64,000 nucleotides of DNA from Deltaproteobacteria bacterium (GTDB lineage Bacteria > Myxococcota > Kuafuiibacteriia > Kuafuiibacteriales > Kuafuiibacteriaceae), in NCBI GenBank assembly GCA_040218735.1, contig JAVJQW010000050.1:128001-192000 (forward strand), given 5' to 3'. The notes under the pieces were generated by a model, which saw only the letters and a list, made by a program, of their open reading frames with translations, was not told where the DNA came from and did no database searches. Positions within the stretch are counted from its first letter, which is position 1. Each line of letters opens with the position of its first letter. This document shows, piece after piece, positions 1-9,954 of the stretch. The position numbers were made by a program, and so were the translations under genes.

Positions 1-566
1 GTGTCGACGATCGACACGACCGGGATCTGCAGGCGGTTCGCCTCGGCGACCGCGATGTGCTCCTTCTTCGGGTCCACGATGAACACGGCGCCCGGGAGAC
101 GGCCCATCTCCTTGATACCGCCGAGCGAGCGGAGGAGCTTCTCGCGCTCGCGGTTCAGCTTGAGGACTTCCTTCTTGAGGAGCTTCTCGAACGTTCCGTC
201 GGCCTCCATGCGCTCGATGGTGCGCAGGCGCTCGATGGAGCCCTTCACGGTCTTGAAGTTGGTGAGCGTGCCGCCGAGCCAGCGGTTGTTCACGTAGAAC
301 ATCCCGGCGCGGGTCGCCTCTTCGGCGATGACCTCCTGAGCCTGCTTCTTGGTGCCGACGAACAGCACCTTCTCGCCGCGCGACGCGAGATCGACCATGA
401 AGTCGTAGGCGCGGCGCCAGAGCACGACGGTCTGCTGGAGGTCGATGATGTAGATGCCGTTGCGGGCACCAAAGATGTACGGCTTCATCTTCGGGTTCCA
501 GCGCTTGGTCTGGTGACCGAAGTGAACGCCGGCTTCGAGCATCTGCTTCATCGTTACTGTGGACAT
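1..566 (-). CDS. rpsB: 30S ribosomal protein S2 (3' end outside the window)
   Basis: Manual translation from the ATG at 566: [46 protein letters not shown], the S2 signature. Not listed in the ORF track because the stop is outside the window. Confidence 0.98.
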   Translation of the reverse strand, partial: MSTVTMKQMLEAGVHFGHQTKRWNPKMKPYIFGARNGIYIIDLQQTVVLWRRAYDFMVDLASRGEKVLFVGTKKQAQEVIAEEATRAGMFYVNNRWLGGTLTNFKTVKGSIERLRTIERMEADGTFEKLLKKEVLKLNREREKLLRSLGGIKEMGRLPGAVFIVDPKKEHIAVAEANRLQIPVVSIVD

Positions 567-690
567 GGGTCGATTCCTCTTTTGGTTAGGGGGTTGTTAT
601 TTTTCCGCCGCCCGCCGATGGGCCTGGATCGCGACCACGAGGCCCAACGCCTCGCAGCACCCCCGATCCTTCGCCGAGCGTGAGTACTTC
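567..690 (-). promoter_or_regulatory. rpsB 5' leader (t44 / S2 autoregulatory RNA-like)
   Basis: The minus strand has GGGGGTG (664-658) and a complementary AACCCCC (595-589) just before AGAGGA-N7-ATG, the same GGGGU/ACCCC pairing layout as the rpsB leader. Confidence 0.6.
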
Positions 691-760
691 CCTTTCGCAT
701 CGCGAAAGGGCGGTCCGGTTAGCACGCACAATCCGGGTGAGCAAGCCTTACTCGGCCGCG

Positions 761-1411
761 TCAGATGAGCTCGATCTCTCCCGGCGGATGTAGGGTCTCC
801 GCCACGACCCGCCCCAGCTGGACGAGGCCCCGCCGAAACGCGTGATCCGCGCCGAAGATCACGGTCATGCGCCCGTCCGCGACCCGGTCGACGAGCGCCC
901 GCCAAGGCGCCCGATCCATCGGGTCCTGACCCCCGACGGCGACCACCAGCGTCCCCTTGAAGGCCTCCAGCCCGTCGAGGGCGTCCGGCTCCGGGGAGAC
1001 GAGGAACAGGTGGCTCACGTGGGGACGGGTGCGCGCGAGCCGCCCCGCGACGGCGGCGCCAAACCCCAACCCGACCACGGCGAGCGCGACGTGGGGGTCG
1101 TCCGGGTCGCAGCAGGCGGCGAGGTGCTCCGCGGCGACGTCGGCCGTCGCGTCGACTTCGCCCGCGTCGAAGGCGCCGCCGCTCGCGCCGACGCCGCGGT
1201 AGTTGAACCGGAGCGTGGGGTGCCCGGCGCGCGTCGCGGCGTAGGCGACCTCGGCGACGATCGGCCCCTCCATCGACCCGCCGCGTTCGGGGTGCGGGGG
1301 GACGACGAGCAACCCGGGGCGCCGCTTGCCGTGGTGGTACAGACCTTCGATCGGGACGTCGGCACCCGGGATTACGACGGCGCGTTCGAGGTACTCCCCT
1401 TTGCGAACCAC
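761..1411 (-). CDS. alpha/beta hydrolase (COG2945-like)
   Basis: PPHPERGGSM, LRFNYRGVGASGG, GLGFG elbow (Ser replaced) and GADHAF. Likely GTG start at 1411; the ORF is open to 1474. Confidence 0.8.
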   Translation of the reverse strand: MVRKGEYLERAVVIPGADVPIEGLYHHGKRRPGLLVVPPHPERGGSMEGPIVAEVAYAATRAGHPTLRFNYRGVGASGGAFDAGEVDATADVAAEHLAACCDPDDPHVALAVVGLGFGAAVAGRLARTRPHVSHLFLVSPEPDALDGLEAFKGTLVVAVGGQDPMDRAPWRALVDRVADGRMTVIFGADHAFRRGLVQLGRVVAETLHPPGEIELI

Positions 1412-1472
1412 GGCGCTGTGAGCGTACGCACGAGGCGTTGAATCGGCCAAGGGATCATGGGAGTGTCCGCGC

Positions 1473-3041
1473 ATGGTGCGTCATGCGCTACCCCTGCGAA
1501 TTCTCGCGTTGATCGGCGGGATCGCGATCGCCGCTCCGGCCTGGGCCCAGGACGGCGACGCCCCCGCTGAAGACGAACCCACGGCCGACACGACGGCCAC
1601 CAGCACCTCCACGGAGGTCGCCAAGCTCTACGCCGAAGCGGCGCGCGAGTACTACAAGGCCGGACGGTACGTCGAAGCGCTCGAGCAGTTTCAGAAGGCG
1701 TACGCCATCAAAGAGACGCCGGCGCTGACCTACAACATCGGTCGGTGCCACGAGCGCCTGTCGCAGTGGAAGGAGGCGATCGAGTGGTACGAAAAGTACG
1801 TCACGCTCGCCAAGAACCCGCGCGACAAGGCCGAGGCGCTCGAGAAGATCGAGTTCCTCAAGACCAAGCTCGCCCCCGAGGAGCTCGGGCCCGACGCGCA
1901 GTACAAGGCGCGGCTCGAGGCCGGCCGCAGCGCGTACAGCAAGGGCGACTACGAGGCGGCGATCGAGGAGTTCAAGGCGGCGTTCGACCTCAAGGCGACG
2001 ACCGGCCCGCTGTACAACATCGGTAAGGCTTACGAGAAGATGGGCCGCTACGAAGAGGCGATCGACTACTTCACGCAGTACCTGGAGCTCGACCCGAACG
2101 CGACGGACCGCTCGGACGTCGAGGAGCTCATCCGGCGGCTGAAGAAGTCGATCAAGTCGCGCTTCCAAGAGCTGTACGTGAAGTCGGATCCGACCGGCGC
2201 CGACATCTACCTCGACGATCGCAACACCGGCCTGCAGGGGCAGACGCCGTTCCGCTTCAAGGTCACGCCGGGTCCGCACGTCCTCTACATCGACCTCAAC
2301 GGGTACGAGCCCATCAAACGCGAGTTCGTGATGCCGGACGACAAACCGCTCGAGCTCGACTTCAAGATGAAGAAGCTCGAGAACGTCGGCTTCCTCGACA
2401 TCCAGGTCAGCGAAGACGGCGCGCGCATCTTCGTCGACGGCGCGATCATCGGTCTGTCGCCGTACAAGCAGAAGAAGGCGGTCGAGGCCGGCGAGCACCA
2501 GGTGCAGGTCGAGCTGCTCGGCTACGACCGGTGGTCCGGCAAGGTCACGGTGCTGCGCGACCAGACGCTCCCGGTGAACGTCGAGCTCAAGGAGTACGAC
2601 GCGCCGGTCGAGGACTCCACGCTGTCGTCGTGGGGCCGCAACCTCATGCTGATCGGCATCATCGGCGGCACGCTCGGGTTCGTCGGGCCCTTCGCCTACC
2701 AAAAGCTCATCTTGCGGCGGCCTTACTACGACCAGCTCGGACCGTCGCAGGTCACGGGGATGCCGTTCTACCGCGGACCGCTCGACGCGACGGATCCGAA
2801 CCGCCCCGAAAACGGCGAGCTGGAGACGCTCCGCCTCACGCAGTTGATCTCCCTCATCGCCGGCGGCGTGTTCGTCGCGGGCGGCCTGTCGTTCTACATC
2901 TACAAGTGGGTCCGAACGGTGCCCCCGAAGCCGGTCACGTCCGGGCTCCCCGAGGGTGACGCGCCGTGGGTCACGATCGAGAGCGTCGGCGTGGTTCCGA
3001 CCCAAGACGGCGGCCAGTTCGGTATCGTGGGGAGGTTCTAA
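1473..3041 (+). CDS. TPR- and PEGA-domain exported/membrane protein
   Basis: Signal peptide (AWA-Q), two TPR clusters (YNIGRCHE, YNIGKAYE), two PEGA repeats (VKSDPTGADIYLD, DGARIFVDG) and C-terminal hydrophobic segments. Confidence 0.88.
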   Translation: MVRHALPLRILALIGGIAIAAPAWAQDGDAPAEDEPTADTTATSTSTEVAKLYAEAAREYYKAGRYVEALEQFQKAYAIKETPALTYNIGRCHERLSQWKEAIEWYEKYVTLAKNPRDKAEALEKIEFLKTKLAPEELGPDAQYKARLEAGRSAYSKGDYEAAIEEFKAAFDLKATTGPLYNIGKAYEKMGRYEEAIDYFTQYLELDPNATDRSDVEELIRRLKKSIKSRFQELYVKSDPTGADIYLDDRNTGLQGQTPFRFKVTPGPHVLYIDLNGYEPIKREFVMPDDKPLELDFKMKKLENVGFLDIQVSEDGARIFVDGAIIGLSPYKQKKAVEAGEHQVQVELLGYDRWSGKVTVLRDQTLPVNVELKEYDAPVEDSTLSSWGRNLMLIGIIGGTLGFVGPFAYQKLILRRPYYDQLGPSQVTGMPFYRGPLDATDPNRPENGELETLRLTQLISLIAGGVFVAGGLSFYIYKWVRTVPPKPVTSGLPEGDAPWVTIESVGVVPTQDGGQFGIVGRF

Positions 3042-3044
3042 GTC

Positions 3045-4289
3045 ATGCGTAGGCTCATCCCCGCATCCCTCGTCCTCGCCGCCGCGTGTGTGGAGTCGCG
3101 CGAGGCGCCGCCCCTGGTGGACCAGGCGACCATCACCTACGGCGAGCGGATCTACCTCGTCGACTCGACGCGCAACGAAGGGCGCAACGCCCAGTCGCCG
3201 TGTGCGCGCCTCGGTACCGTGGCCACGAGCACCGACACGCTCGGGTCGACCGACGGGCTGCTCCCCGCCGAGATCGATCCGCTCACGCCGCACAACTGCT
3301 TCGTCCAGGTCGCGCCCAAGGCGCTGACGGTGGACGCGGTCGAGGTGACGAACGAGCTGTACCAGCTGTGCATCGACTCGGAGGCGTGCCGCGGTCCGGA
3401 CCCGTCGCAGGTCGAGCGCGCACAGTACTGCCGCCAGGAGGAGAACTTCGACGTCTGTCCGGTGGTCGAGGTCCCGCAGAGCGAAGCGCAGAACTTCTGC
3501 GCGTGGATCGGGCGGCGCCTGCCGACGACGATCGAAGCCATCGCGATTCGCCAGGCGGCGCTCGACACCGCGCAGCGCGTGGACCCGACGCAGCTCATGC
3601 CCTACCCGACCGGCGACACGCGGCCCGAGGCCTGCGACGACGCCGTGATGGGCGGCGGGAGCTGCATGGCGACGAAGCCGGAGGCGGTGCTGGACGACAA
3701 CGGTCAGCTCGTCGGAGGCGGCGCGCGTGACCGTATCGATCCGCCGGGGAGCGAGACGCCGATCTACGACCTGATGGGCAACGCGTCGGAGTGGACGAAC
3801 GATCGCATCGCGAGCCAGCGCGGGAACGCCGTGGATCTGCCGTGGTTCTGCGTGGCGGCGCTGCCGCCGATCGAGACGAGCTCCACGAGCACGACGACGC
3901 CGACCCCGCCGCCGACGTGCCCCGAGAACCCGGACATGCCGGGGACGAACCTCACGGGGCTCGCGTGTGTCTACGGCCAGTACAAGCCCGCGCCGGACCT
4001 GCCGCTCGGCATCTACCCGGTGTGTCTCACGAACGCGACCGGCGGCTTCGCCGGGGACATCGGCGTGCTCGCCGGCGGTAGCTACCGCGACGACGCGACG
4101 GACCTGAACGACGAGCGCGACTTCTTCGGGACGTGGGCGCGGCGTGTCCAGTCGCAGCCGGACGACCTCGCCGGCGAAGCGCTCGCACGACAGTACGGGT
4201 TCAGATGTGTCGACGATCGCGAGAGCGCCCCCGCGGACGGCGAGGTGCCTGCGTTCATGAACGAGCTCGAGCTCGTCCGCCTCCCCTGA
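3045..4289 (+). CDS. FGE-sulfatase (SUMF1) domain lipoprotein
   Basis: Lipobox LAAAC, EVTNELY, GRRLPT, YDLMGNASEW, GGSY and YGFRCV motifs. Confidence 0.85.
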   Translation: MRRLIPASLVLAAACVESREAPPLVDQATITYGERIYLVDSTRNEGRNAQSPCARLGTVATSTDTLGSTDGLLPAEIDPLTPHNCFVQVAPKALTVDAVEVTNELYQLCIDSEACRGPDPSQVERAQYCRQEENFDVCPVVEVPQSEAQNFCAWIGRRLPTTIEAIAIRQAALDTAQRVDPTQLMPYPTGDTRPEACDDAVMGGGSCMATKPEAVLDDNGQLVGGGARDRIDPPGSETPIYDLMGNASEWTNDRIASQRGNAVDLPWFCVAALPPIETSSTSTTTPTPPPTCPENPDMPGTNLTGLACVYGQYKPAPDLPLGIYPVCLTNATGGFAGDIGVLAGGSYRDDATDLNDERDFFGTWARRVQSQPDDLAGEALARQYGFRCVDDRESAPADGEVPAFMNELELVRLP

Positions 4290-4305
4290 CCGACCTCCCT
4301 CGGTT

Positions 4306-4734
4306 CTACCGAATGTAATAGCCTGAGACGCGCCACCCGCGCGCGCCGTCGAGCATCGGCGTGATGGTCTCGACCGCCGACTTCTTGCTCGCAAACTCCG
4401 TCTCGATCTGAATGACGACGTACTCGCCGTCGGGCGCTCCGGGGAGCGACGACAGGGCGCGGGCGCCGATCACGTTGCGGGAGACGACCTCGCCGAGCGG
4501 GGCGCGGACGGCCTCGAGTTGCGCCGACCAGGTGTCCTTGTCGACGGCCTGTTTGAAGTACGTCGCGGCTTCGTCGTGGGAGCCGGCGTAGTCGCCGCGG
4601 TCCACCAGCGTGAGCCAGGTCTTGGCCGCCTCGATCGCCGGCTTGGGAGCCTCGGCGTCGGCGCGCGGGAGCGCGACGAGGACGCCCGTCACGAGCATGG
4701 CGATGGCGATGGTGACGGCGATCAGCTTCTTCAT
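4306..4734 (-). CDS. DUF4019-like exported protein
   Basis: Signal peptide, WLTLVDRGDY, GAPDGEYVVIQIETEF and WRVSGYYIR. Confidence 0.8.
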   Translation of the reverse strand: MKKLIAVTIAIAMLVTGVLVALPRADAEAPKPAIEAAKTWLTLVDRGDYAGSHDEAATYFKQAVDKDTWSAQLEAVRAPLGEVVSRNVIGARALSSLPGAPDGEYVVIQIETEFASKKSAVETITPMLDGARGWRVSGYYIR

Positions 4735-4830
4735 ACCGTTAGCGGTACGCACCTGCGGGGGCCGGTGAAGCAGATTCGGACGACAATCGATCTGACCAGT
4801 TCTGTCAGACCGATCCGTAAGATCGTAGAT

Positions 4831-5061
4831 GTGAAAAAAGCAGTTGTCGTCGTTGTCTTCTCGTCTCTCTTGGGTTGCTCGCTTGGCGTTCCGGTCGACC
4901 GCACCGGAAACGCGACGTGTCGCTCCGAGGGTCTCGTCGTGTTCTCCGGAGAGATCACGATGGTCGGTGAATCGCTCGTGGATCCGTCGGAGCTCCCGAC
5001 GGTCTGGACGATCGTCGGTCAGGACATGGAGTGTGAGATCAACTTCTCGTCAGGGAAGTAA
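4831..5061 (+). CDS. small putative lipoprotein
   Basis: GTG start, KKAVVVVVFSSLLGC lipobox, 76 aa. Confidence 0.5.
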   Translation: MKKAVVVVVFSSLLGCSLGVPVDRTGNATCRSEGLVVFSGEITMVGESLVDPSELPTVWTIVGQDMECEINFSSGK

Positions 5062-5505
5062 CCCGTCGTCGCGCCACCGGCGGAGGACGTCGAGCTCTTC
5101 GCCGGTGACGTAGTCGCGCGGCGGTGGCGGCATGCGTTGCTGCTCCGCCGCCGCGATGATCATCTCGATCGTGATCTCGGGGCCCGCGGGGGAGAGGGGG
5201 AGCGTGGTGAAGTCGAGCGTCCGTCCAGGGTCGTGGCACTCGGTGCAGTAGCGCTCGAGGATCGGTAACACGTCGGACGTGAAACGAACGGCGTTGGGAT
5301 CCGGGTTGGGCATCGGATTCGGATCCGGGTTCGGCGTCGGATCCGGATTCGGATTCGGATTCGGGTTCGGCGTCGGATTCGGATCCGGTGTCGGATCCAT
5401 GTTGGGATCGGGCGCCGGAGTCTCCGTGCGCACACGTCCGTTCGGTGCCTCCGGTACACACGCCGACAGCGCGAGCACCGCGACGATCGTCACGCCCCAT
5501 CGCAT
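5050..5505 (-). CDS. c-type cytochrome-like lipoprotein with Pro-Asn/Asp linker
   Basis: Lipobox LSAC, (PN/PD)n linker, VLPILERYCTECH heme motif and MPP distal-ligand region. Confidence 0.75.
   Translation of the reverse strand: MRWGVTIVAVLALSACVPEAPNGRVRTETPAPDPNMDPTPDPNPTPNPNPNPNPDPTPNPDPNPMPNPDPNAVRFTSDVLPILERYCTECHDPGRTLDFTTLPLSPAGPEITIEMIIAAAEQQRMPPPPRDYVTGEELDVLRRWRDDGLLP
5293..5412. repeat. degenerate hexamer tandem repeat encoding PNPDP linker
   Basis: ggattc/ggatcc/gggttc units in tandem inside the cytochrome lipoprotein gene. Confidence 0.8.
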
Positions 5506-5657
5506 CGCCACGATCGCATAGCGCTTCCATTCAATGGACTGCCAGTACAGCACGTACGCCGACGACTGGACCGCGACTCTGAACGGCCGGTTGGTACAGG
5601 GATCCTGGTCCGAACACCCGATGCTGTTCTTCGCTTCGTGCGACGAGACTGCGCTTC

Positions 5658-6896
5658 ATGCACCGTCTCTTCATCCTCTGCACGACGTTCGTCGTCGCGT
5701 GCGGCGCCGAGCCGTACGGCACGACGTCACGCGCCGTCGCACCGGACGCACCGTTGATTCTATCGAATGGAACGCTCGCGCGTTATCGCGCCGCGCTCCC
5801 GACGGTCGCGCACCGGCGGCTCCAAGAGATCCTCGAGGCACCGTCGACGATCTGGTTCGACAAGGAGACGATGATCCCTTCGTACCAGGACTCGGTGGGC
5901 GACGGTTCGTACACGCCGATCGGCGCACGCGCGAACTCTCGCGGGCGCGGTGTGATCGTCCCGGCCGGGCGGCGCCTGTTCTCCGACGACGGCGAACACT
6001 GGAGCTTCCCGTTCGGCCACACCGCGGGCACCGACCGCACGCCGAACAAGGTCGTCATCAACTTCATGAGCCTGCCCGCCGACGAGCGCGGCTTCCTCCC
6101 CGTCGTCTACGAGACCTTCGACGACAACCGCGCGCTCGGCGGCCTCGGGCTGCACAAGTGGACGTGGCTGTTCCCGGTGGGAACGATGATGGGCGAAGTC
6201 ATCTTCCTGGAGGAGAGCGACGAGCTGTACCCGGTCGAGGTGCGGACGCGTCAACGTTACCTCACCGGCTGGGCGACCAACGCGTACCGCCCCTTCCCCG
6301 CCGCAACCCAACTTGCGGACGCCATCAAACGTGAAGCACCGTCCTGGGCCTCGGACGCGCAGCTCTCGGCGCTCGTCGCGCACCTCGAGCGCCCCGACAC
6401 CCTCGCCGCGAAGACGCTCCGCTCGCCCGACTTCAACGACATCTTCGTCACCTCCGGCTTCGAAGATGTACTCCCGCCCGTCGGCGACGCCGAGCTCGTG
6501 AAGCACCTCCTCACCACCACCACGTTCAAGTCCGCCTACGGCCTCCCGTGGAAGATCGACGGCACCAACGCCGCCTTCTACGCGACGACGAACGAGACGT
6601 TCTCCGTCGTGCCGGCCGACAGCGACATCGCGCTGCTCGAGGTGCGGGAGTCATCGTGTGTGCGGTGCCACCAGGAAGCCGGGCGACCGATCGACGACTT
6701 CGAACCCGAAGCAATCCTCTACGGCGACATATGGGGCGAGGACCGCATCTTCTCGTTCCACCCCTGGGACCAGGATCGCTACGTCGAGTTCAACACCGAG
6801 AACCGGCGCGTGCGTCCACTCTTCGACGACCACGGGATCGTCGCGCGCCTGGATCGCGCGAAGCACCCCGACACGATCTACCGGACGATCCCGTGA
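5658..6896 (+). CDS. hypothetical lipoprotein with single CxxCH
   Basis: Lipobox VVAC, CVRCH near the C-terminus, strong coding bias. Confidence 0.7.
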   Translation: MHRLFILCTTFVVACGAEPYGTTSRAVAPDAPLILSNGTLARYRAALPTVAHRRLQEILEAPSTIWFDKETMIPSYQDSVGDGSYTPIGARANSRGRGVIVPAGRRLFSDDGEHWSFPFGHTAGTDRTPNKVVINFMSLPADERGFLPVVYETFDDNRALGGLGLHKWTWLFPVGTMMGEVIFLEESDELYPVEVRTRQRYLTGWATNAYRPFPAATQLADAIKREAPSWASDAQLSALVAHLERPDTLAAKTLRSPDFNDIFVTSGFEDVLPPVGDAELVKHLLTTTTFKSAYGLPWKIDGTNAAFYATTNETFSVVPADSDIALLEVRESSCVRCHQEAGRPIDDFEPEAILYGDIWGEDRIFSFHPWDQDRYVEFNTENRRVRPLFDDHGIVARLDRAKHPDTIYRTIP

Positions 6897-7468
6897 AGCC
6901 GATCGACCGCCGCACGTTCCTCGCGCTCTCCGGCTCGGCCGTAGCCGCGTGTGTCCCCGACGCACCCGACGCTTCGGACTGGCGCCGCCCGAGCGCGCCC
7001 TCCGAACCCGCCTCCGACGCGGGCCCCGCACCCGCCCCCGACGCGGCGCCAACGACGGACGCCGGCTTCGTCGACGCGGGCCACACCCGTGACGCCGGTC
7101 CAACGGCGCCCCGCGACGCAGGCGTCACGCCGCCGCGCGACGGCGGCGAGTGCGACGTCGTCCTCATGCACGACACCTACGCGCAGGCGCTCTACTTCGA
7201 CGGCGCCCACGGCCCGCTCACCGGCGTCATCGAGGTCGCGTTCGTGCTCGACGGTGCGCCCGTGGAGATCGAGTTCTGGCACGGCCACGGGGGCAGCAAC
7301 CACCGCTACCGTTTGGAGCCCGCGCACTTCGAAGCGCTCAAACGCGGCGAGCGCGTCACGCTCGAGACCACTGAGGTCGACGGGCACCGCCACGAGCTGT
7401 TCGTGGATCCCACCGACGAGGACTACCGCGTCCCGGGCGCACCGTCCGTCGAAGTTCCGCTCTGTTGA
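6893..7468 (+). CDS. Tat-exported lipoprotein with His-rich putative metal-binding domain
   Basis: GTG overlaps the upstream TGA; DRRTFL twin-arginine motif, VAAC lipobox, WHGHGGSNH and DGHRHEL. Confidence 0.7.
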   Translation: MKPIDRRTFLALSGSAVAACVPDAPDASDWRRPSAPSEPASDAGPAPAPDAAPTTDAGFVDAGHTRDAGPTAPRDAGVTPPRDGGECDVVLMHDTYAQALYFDGAHGPLTGVIEVAFVLDGAPVEIEFWHGHGGSNHRYRLEPAHFEALKRGERVTLETTEVDGHRHELFVDPTDEDYRVPGAPSVEVPLC

Positions 7469-7510
7469 GCGTTGCCGAGCGCGCCCCGACGTCCCTACCC
7501 TCCACCGGAC

Positions 7511-8134
7511 GTGAACGTGTGGCTCGCGCTCCTCATCTCGACGGTCCCGGTGAACGCCGACGCCCTCGTCGAGGAGGCGACGGCGCTGCACGCCGACAAC
7601 CGCTACGCCGAGGCGGGTGAAAAGCTCCTCGCCGCGTACCAGCTCAGCCACGACCCGGCGCACCTGAACCACGCAGCGCGATGCTTCGACCTCGCGGGTG
7701 AGACCGCGTCGGCGCTGACGCAGTGGCGCCGGTACCGCGCGCTGAACGGACCGACCGCCGAGGAGCACCGCTACGCCGACGCGCGCATCGAGCTGCTCGC
7801 CGCGCGCCTCGTCACAAAAGGGCCGCCCGCGCCACCGCCGCTGACGACGCCCGACCCGATCGTGGTCGCGGAGGAGCGCCCTCCGGAGCCGCCGCCCTGG
7901 CCCGCCATCACGCTCACCGCCGCCGGCAGCCTCACGGCGATCGTCGGCGGAGTATTCGTCGCGTCCGCGGCGCTGCGCGAGGAGCGGGTCCCGCTGCGCA
8001 ACGAGAGGTCCCGCGGCCTCGGCAGCACGTACGAGCCGCCCGACTACTCGGAGACCTACGCGATCGGCGGCACCCTCCTCGGCGTCGGGATCGCAACCGC
8101 GACCGCCGGCATCATCTGGTGGATCCTCGACTGA
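7511..8134 (+). CDS. TPR-like exported membrane protein
   Basis: Signal-like N-terminus, TPR-like helices, Pro-rich linker and two C-terminal TM segments. Start uncertain (7472 or 7511). Confidence 0.65.
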   Translation: MNVWLALLISTVPVNADALVEEATALHADNRYAEAGEKLLAAYQLSHDPAHLNHAARCFDLAGETASALTQWRRYRALNGPTAEEHRYADARIELLAARLVTKGPPAPPPLTTPDPIVVAEERPPEPPPWPAITLTAAGSLTAIVGGVFVASAALREERVPLRNERSRGLGSTYEPPDYSETYAIGGTLLGVGIATATAGIIWWILD

Positions 8135-9954
8135 TGCGACGCCACTTCTACTTCCCGTCGCACGACGGCACCGAGCTCGCCGTCACCCTCCACCTCCCCG
8201 ACGCCGCGTATCACCGACGTGTCCCGACCATCCTCCGCCAGACGCGGTACTTCCGCGGCGTGCGCCTCGCGCCGACCGCGGCGCGCCTCGGCGCCGACCC
8301 CTTCGACGACTACGCGCTCATCCGCCCGCGGTTCCTCGACGCGGGCATCGCGTGGGTCGACCTCGACGTACGCGGCTCGGGCGCGTCGTTCGGACACCGC
8401 ATCTGTCCGTGGTCTCCGGACGAGGTCGACGACGCCGTCCGCCTCGTCGACTGGATCGTCGAGCAGCCGTGGTCGTCCGGACGCGTCGGCGGGCTCGGCA
8501 CCTCCTACGACGGCACGGCGAGTGAGCTGCTCGCTTCCCGGCAACACCCCGCGGTGGTCGCGATCGCGCCGCGGTTCGCGCTGTTCGACGTCTACGAGGA
8601 CATCGCGTTCCCGGGCGGCATCCACCTGACCTGGTTCACCGAGATGTGGGGGCGCATCAACCGCGCGTTCGACGAGGACGACTTCTCGAAGGTCGCCGCG
8701 ATCGCAGGCCAGATCGTGTTGTCGGCGATGGTGACGAAGGAGCGCGCCGAGGGGCGCACCGCGTTCACGCGCCTGTACGAACGACTCCAGGCCGACGCCG
8801 CGCGGCGCGGCTTCGAGAGGCTCCTGGGTGTCTTCGCGAAGGGCGTCGAACCCGTTGACCCCGCGAGGCTCGCGGACGCCGTCGCGCAGCACGCCGAGAA
8901 CTACGACGTCCACGCGGTCGCGCTCACGACACCGTTCCGCGACGACATCTCCGCGCTCGATCCGTTCGGTCCGGTGGAGGGCGACGAAGCCGGCGTGCTG
9001 GGCAGCATCGATCGCTTCAGCCCCCACGCGGTCGCCGCGAAGACCAAGGCTTCTGGCGCCGCGGTCTTCTCGTACTCCGGCTGGTTCGACGCCGGCTACG
9101 GACGCGCCGCCACGAAGCGCCACCGCGCGCTCGACGGGGCGCACCTGCTCCTCGGACCTTGGGAACACTGCGGACGCCTCGACTTCGGCGACCGCCCCAC
9201 CACCTACGACCACGCCGGAGAGCTCCTCGCGTTCTTCTCACGGCACTTGCTGGACGCCGATCTCGAACCGCCGCCCCGCGTTCGATGGTTCGTGACCGGC
9301 GCGAACACATGGCGGCGCGGCGACACGTGGCCGCCGCCGGCCGAGACGCGGACGCTCCACCTCCGCCGCGATCGCACGCTCGGTGACGCGCCGTCCGAAG
9401 ACACGTTGCCGCTCACCCTCTCGCCGAACGCGACGACCGGCGAGGCGTCGCGCTGGCGCAGCCTGATCGGGCCGCACCGCTTCATCGGTTATCCGGAGCG
9501 CCGAGCGCAGCACAGGGAGGCGGAGGTCTTCAGCTCCGCGCCGCTCGACGGGCCGCTGGAGATCACCGGCCACCCGCTGGTCTGGCTGGAGCTCGTCGGC
9601 CCCGTCGACGACGCGCAGGTCTTCGTCTACCTCGATCACGTCGCGCCGGACGGGCGCGTCACGTACCTGTCGGAGGGGATGTTGCGCCTGTCGCGCCGCA
9701 AGTACCGCACCGTCGCGATGGTCGTGGACCGCGACCACCTCCGCGGCGACGCCGCGCCGCTCGCGGACGCGGAGCTCGTGCCGATCGATCTGCTCCCGAT
9801 GTCCGCGGCCGTCCCGGCCGGTCACCGAATCGTCGTCGCGATCACCGGTGCGGATCGCGACAGCTTCGCGCCACCCGACGCACCGGTGCGACTCGGGCTA
9901 CGTCTCGGTGAAAGCCGGGTCGAGGTCCCGGTCGTCACCACACCCCAGGGATGA
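8134..9954 (+). CDS. CocE/NonD family hydrolase
   Basis: ATG at 8134; DGTELAV, DVRGSGASFG, GTSYDG nucleophile elbow, GWFD, GPWEH and a PepX_C-like C-terminus. Confidence 0.92.
   Translation: MRRHFYFPSHDGTELAVTLHLPDAAYHRRVPTILRQTRYFRGVRLAPTAARLGADPFDDYALIRPRFLDAGIAWVDLDVRGSGASFGHRICPWSPDEVDDAVRLVDWIVEQPWSSGRVGGLGTSYDGTASELLASRQHPAVVAIAPRFALFDVYEDIAFPGGIHLTWFTEMWGRINRAFDEDDFSKVAAIAGQIVLSAMVTKERAEGRTAFTRLYERLQADAARRGFERLLGVFAKGVEPVDPARLADAVAQHAENYDVHAVALTTPFRDDISALDPFGPVEGDEAGVLGSIDRFSPHAVAAKTKASGAAVFSYSGWFDAGYGRAATKRHRALDGAHLLLGPWEHCGRLDFGDRPTTYDHAGELLAFFSRHLLDADLEPPPRVRWFVTGANTWRRGDTWPPPAETRTLHLRRDRTLGDAPSEDTLPLTLSPNATTGEASRWRSLIGPHRFIGYPERRAQHREAEVFSSAPLDGPLEITGHPLVWLELVGPVDDAQVFVYLDHVAPDGRVTYLSEGMLRLSRRKYRTVAMVVDRDHLRGDAAPLADAELVPIDLLPMSAAVPAGHRIVVAITGADRDSFAPPDAPVRLGLRLGESRVEVPVVTTPQG

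Noticed and set aside
1488-4394. 968-aa minus-strand ORF and similar long ORFs (15364..17880, 18930..21389, 22224..24431, 27142..29427, 37246..39834, 40129..42321)
   Set aside because: Antisense shadow ORFs of real high-GC3 genes; Arg/Val/Leu-rich and without recognisable motifs.
5293-5412. Possible CRISPR or other non-coding repeat
   Set aside because: Hexamer periodicity encodes a Pro-Asn/Asp linker in frame; no repeat-spacer structure and no cas genes.
7723-8133. N-terminal extension of the CocE ORF in the ORF track
   Set aside because: It overlaps the upstream gene in another frame; the ATG at 8134 coupled to the TGA is the plausible start. The same logic was applied to the extended starts of nadD, secA, RND, recN and 52235..54898.
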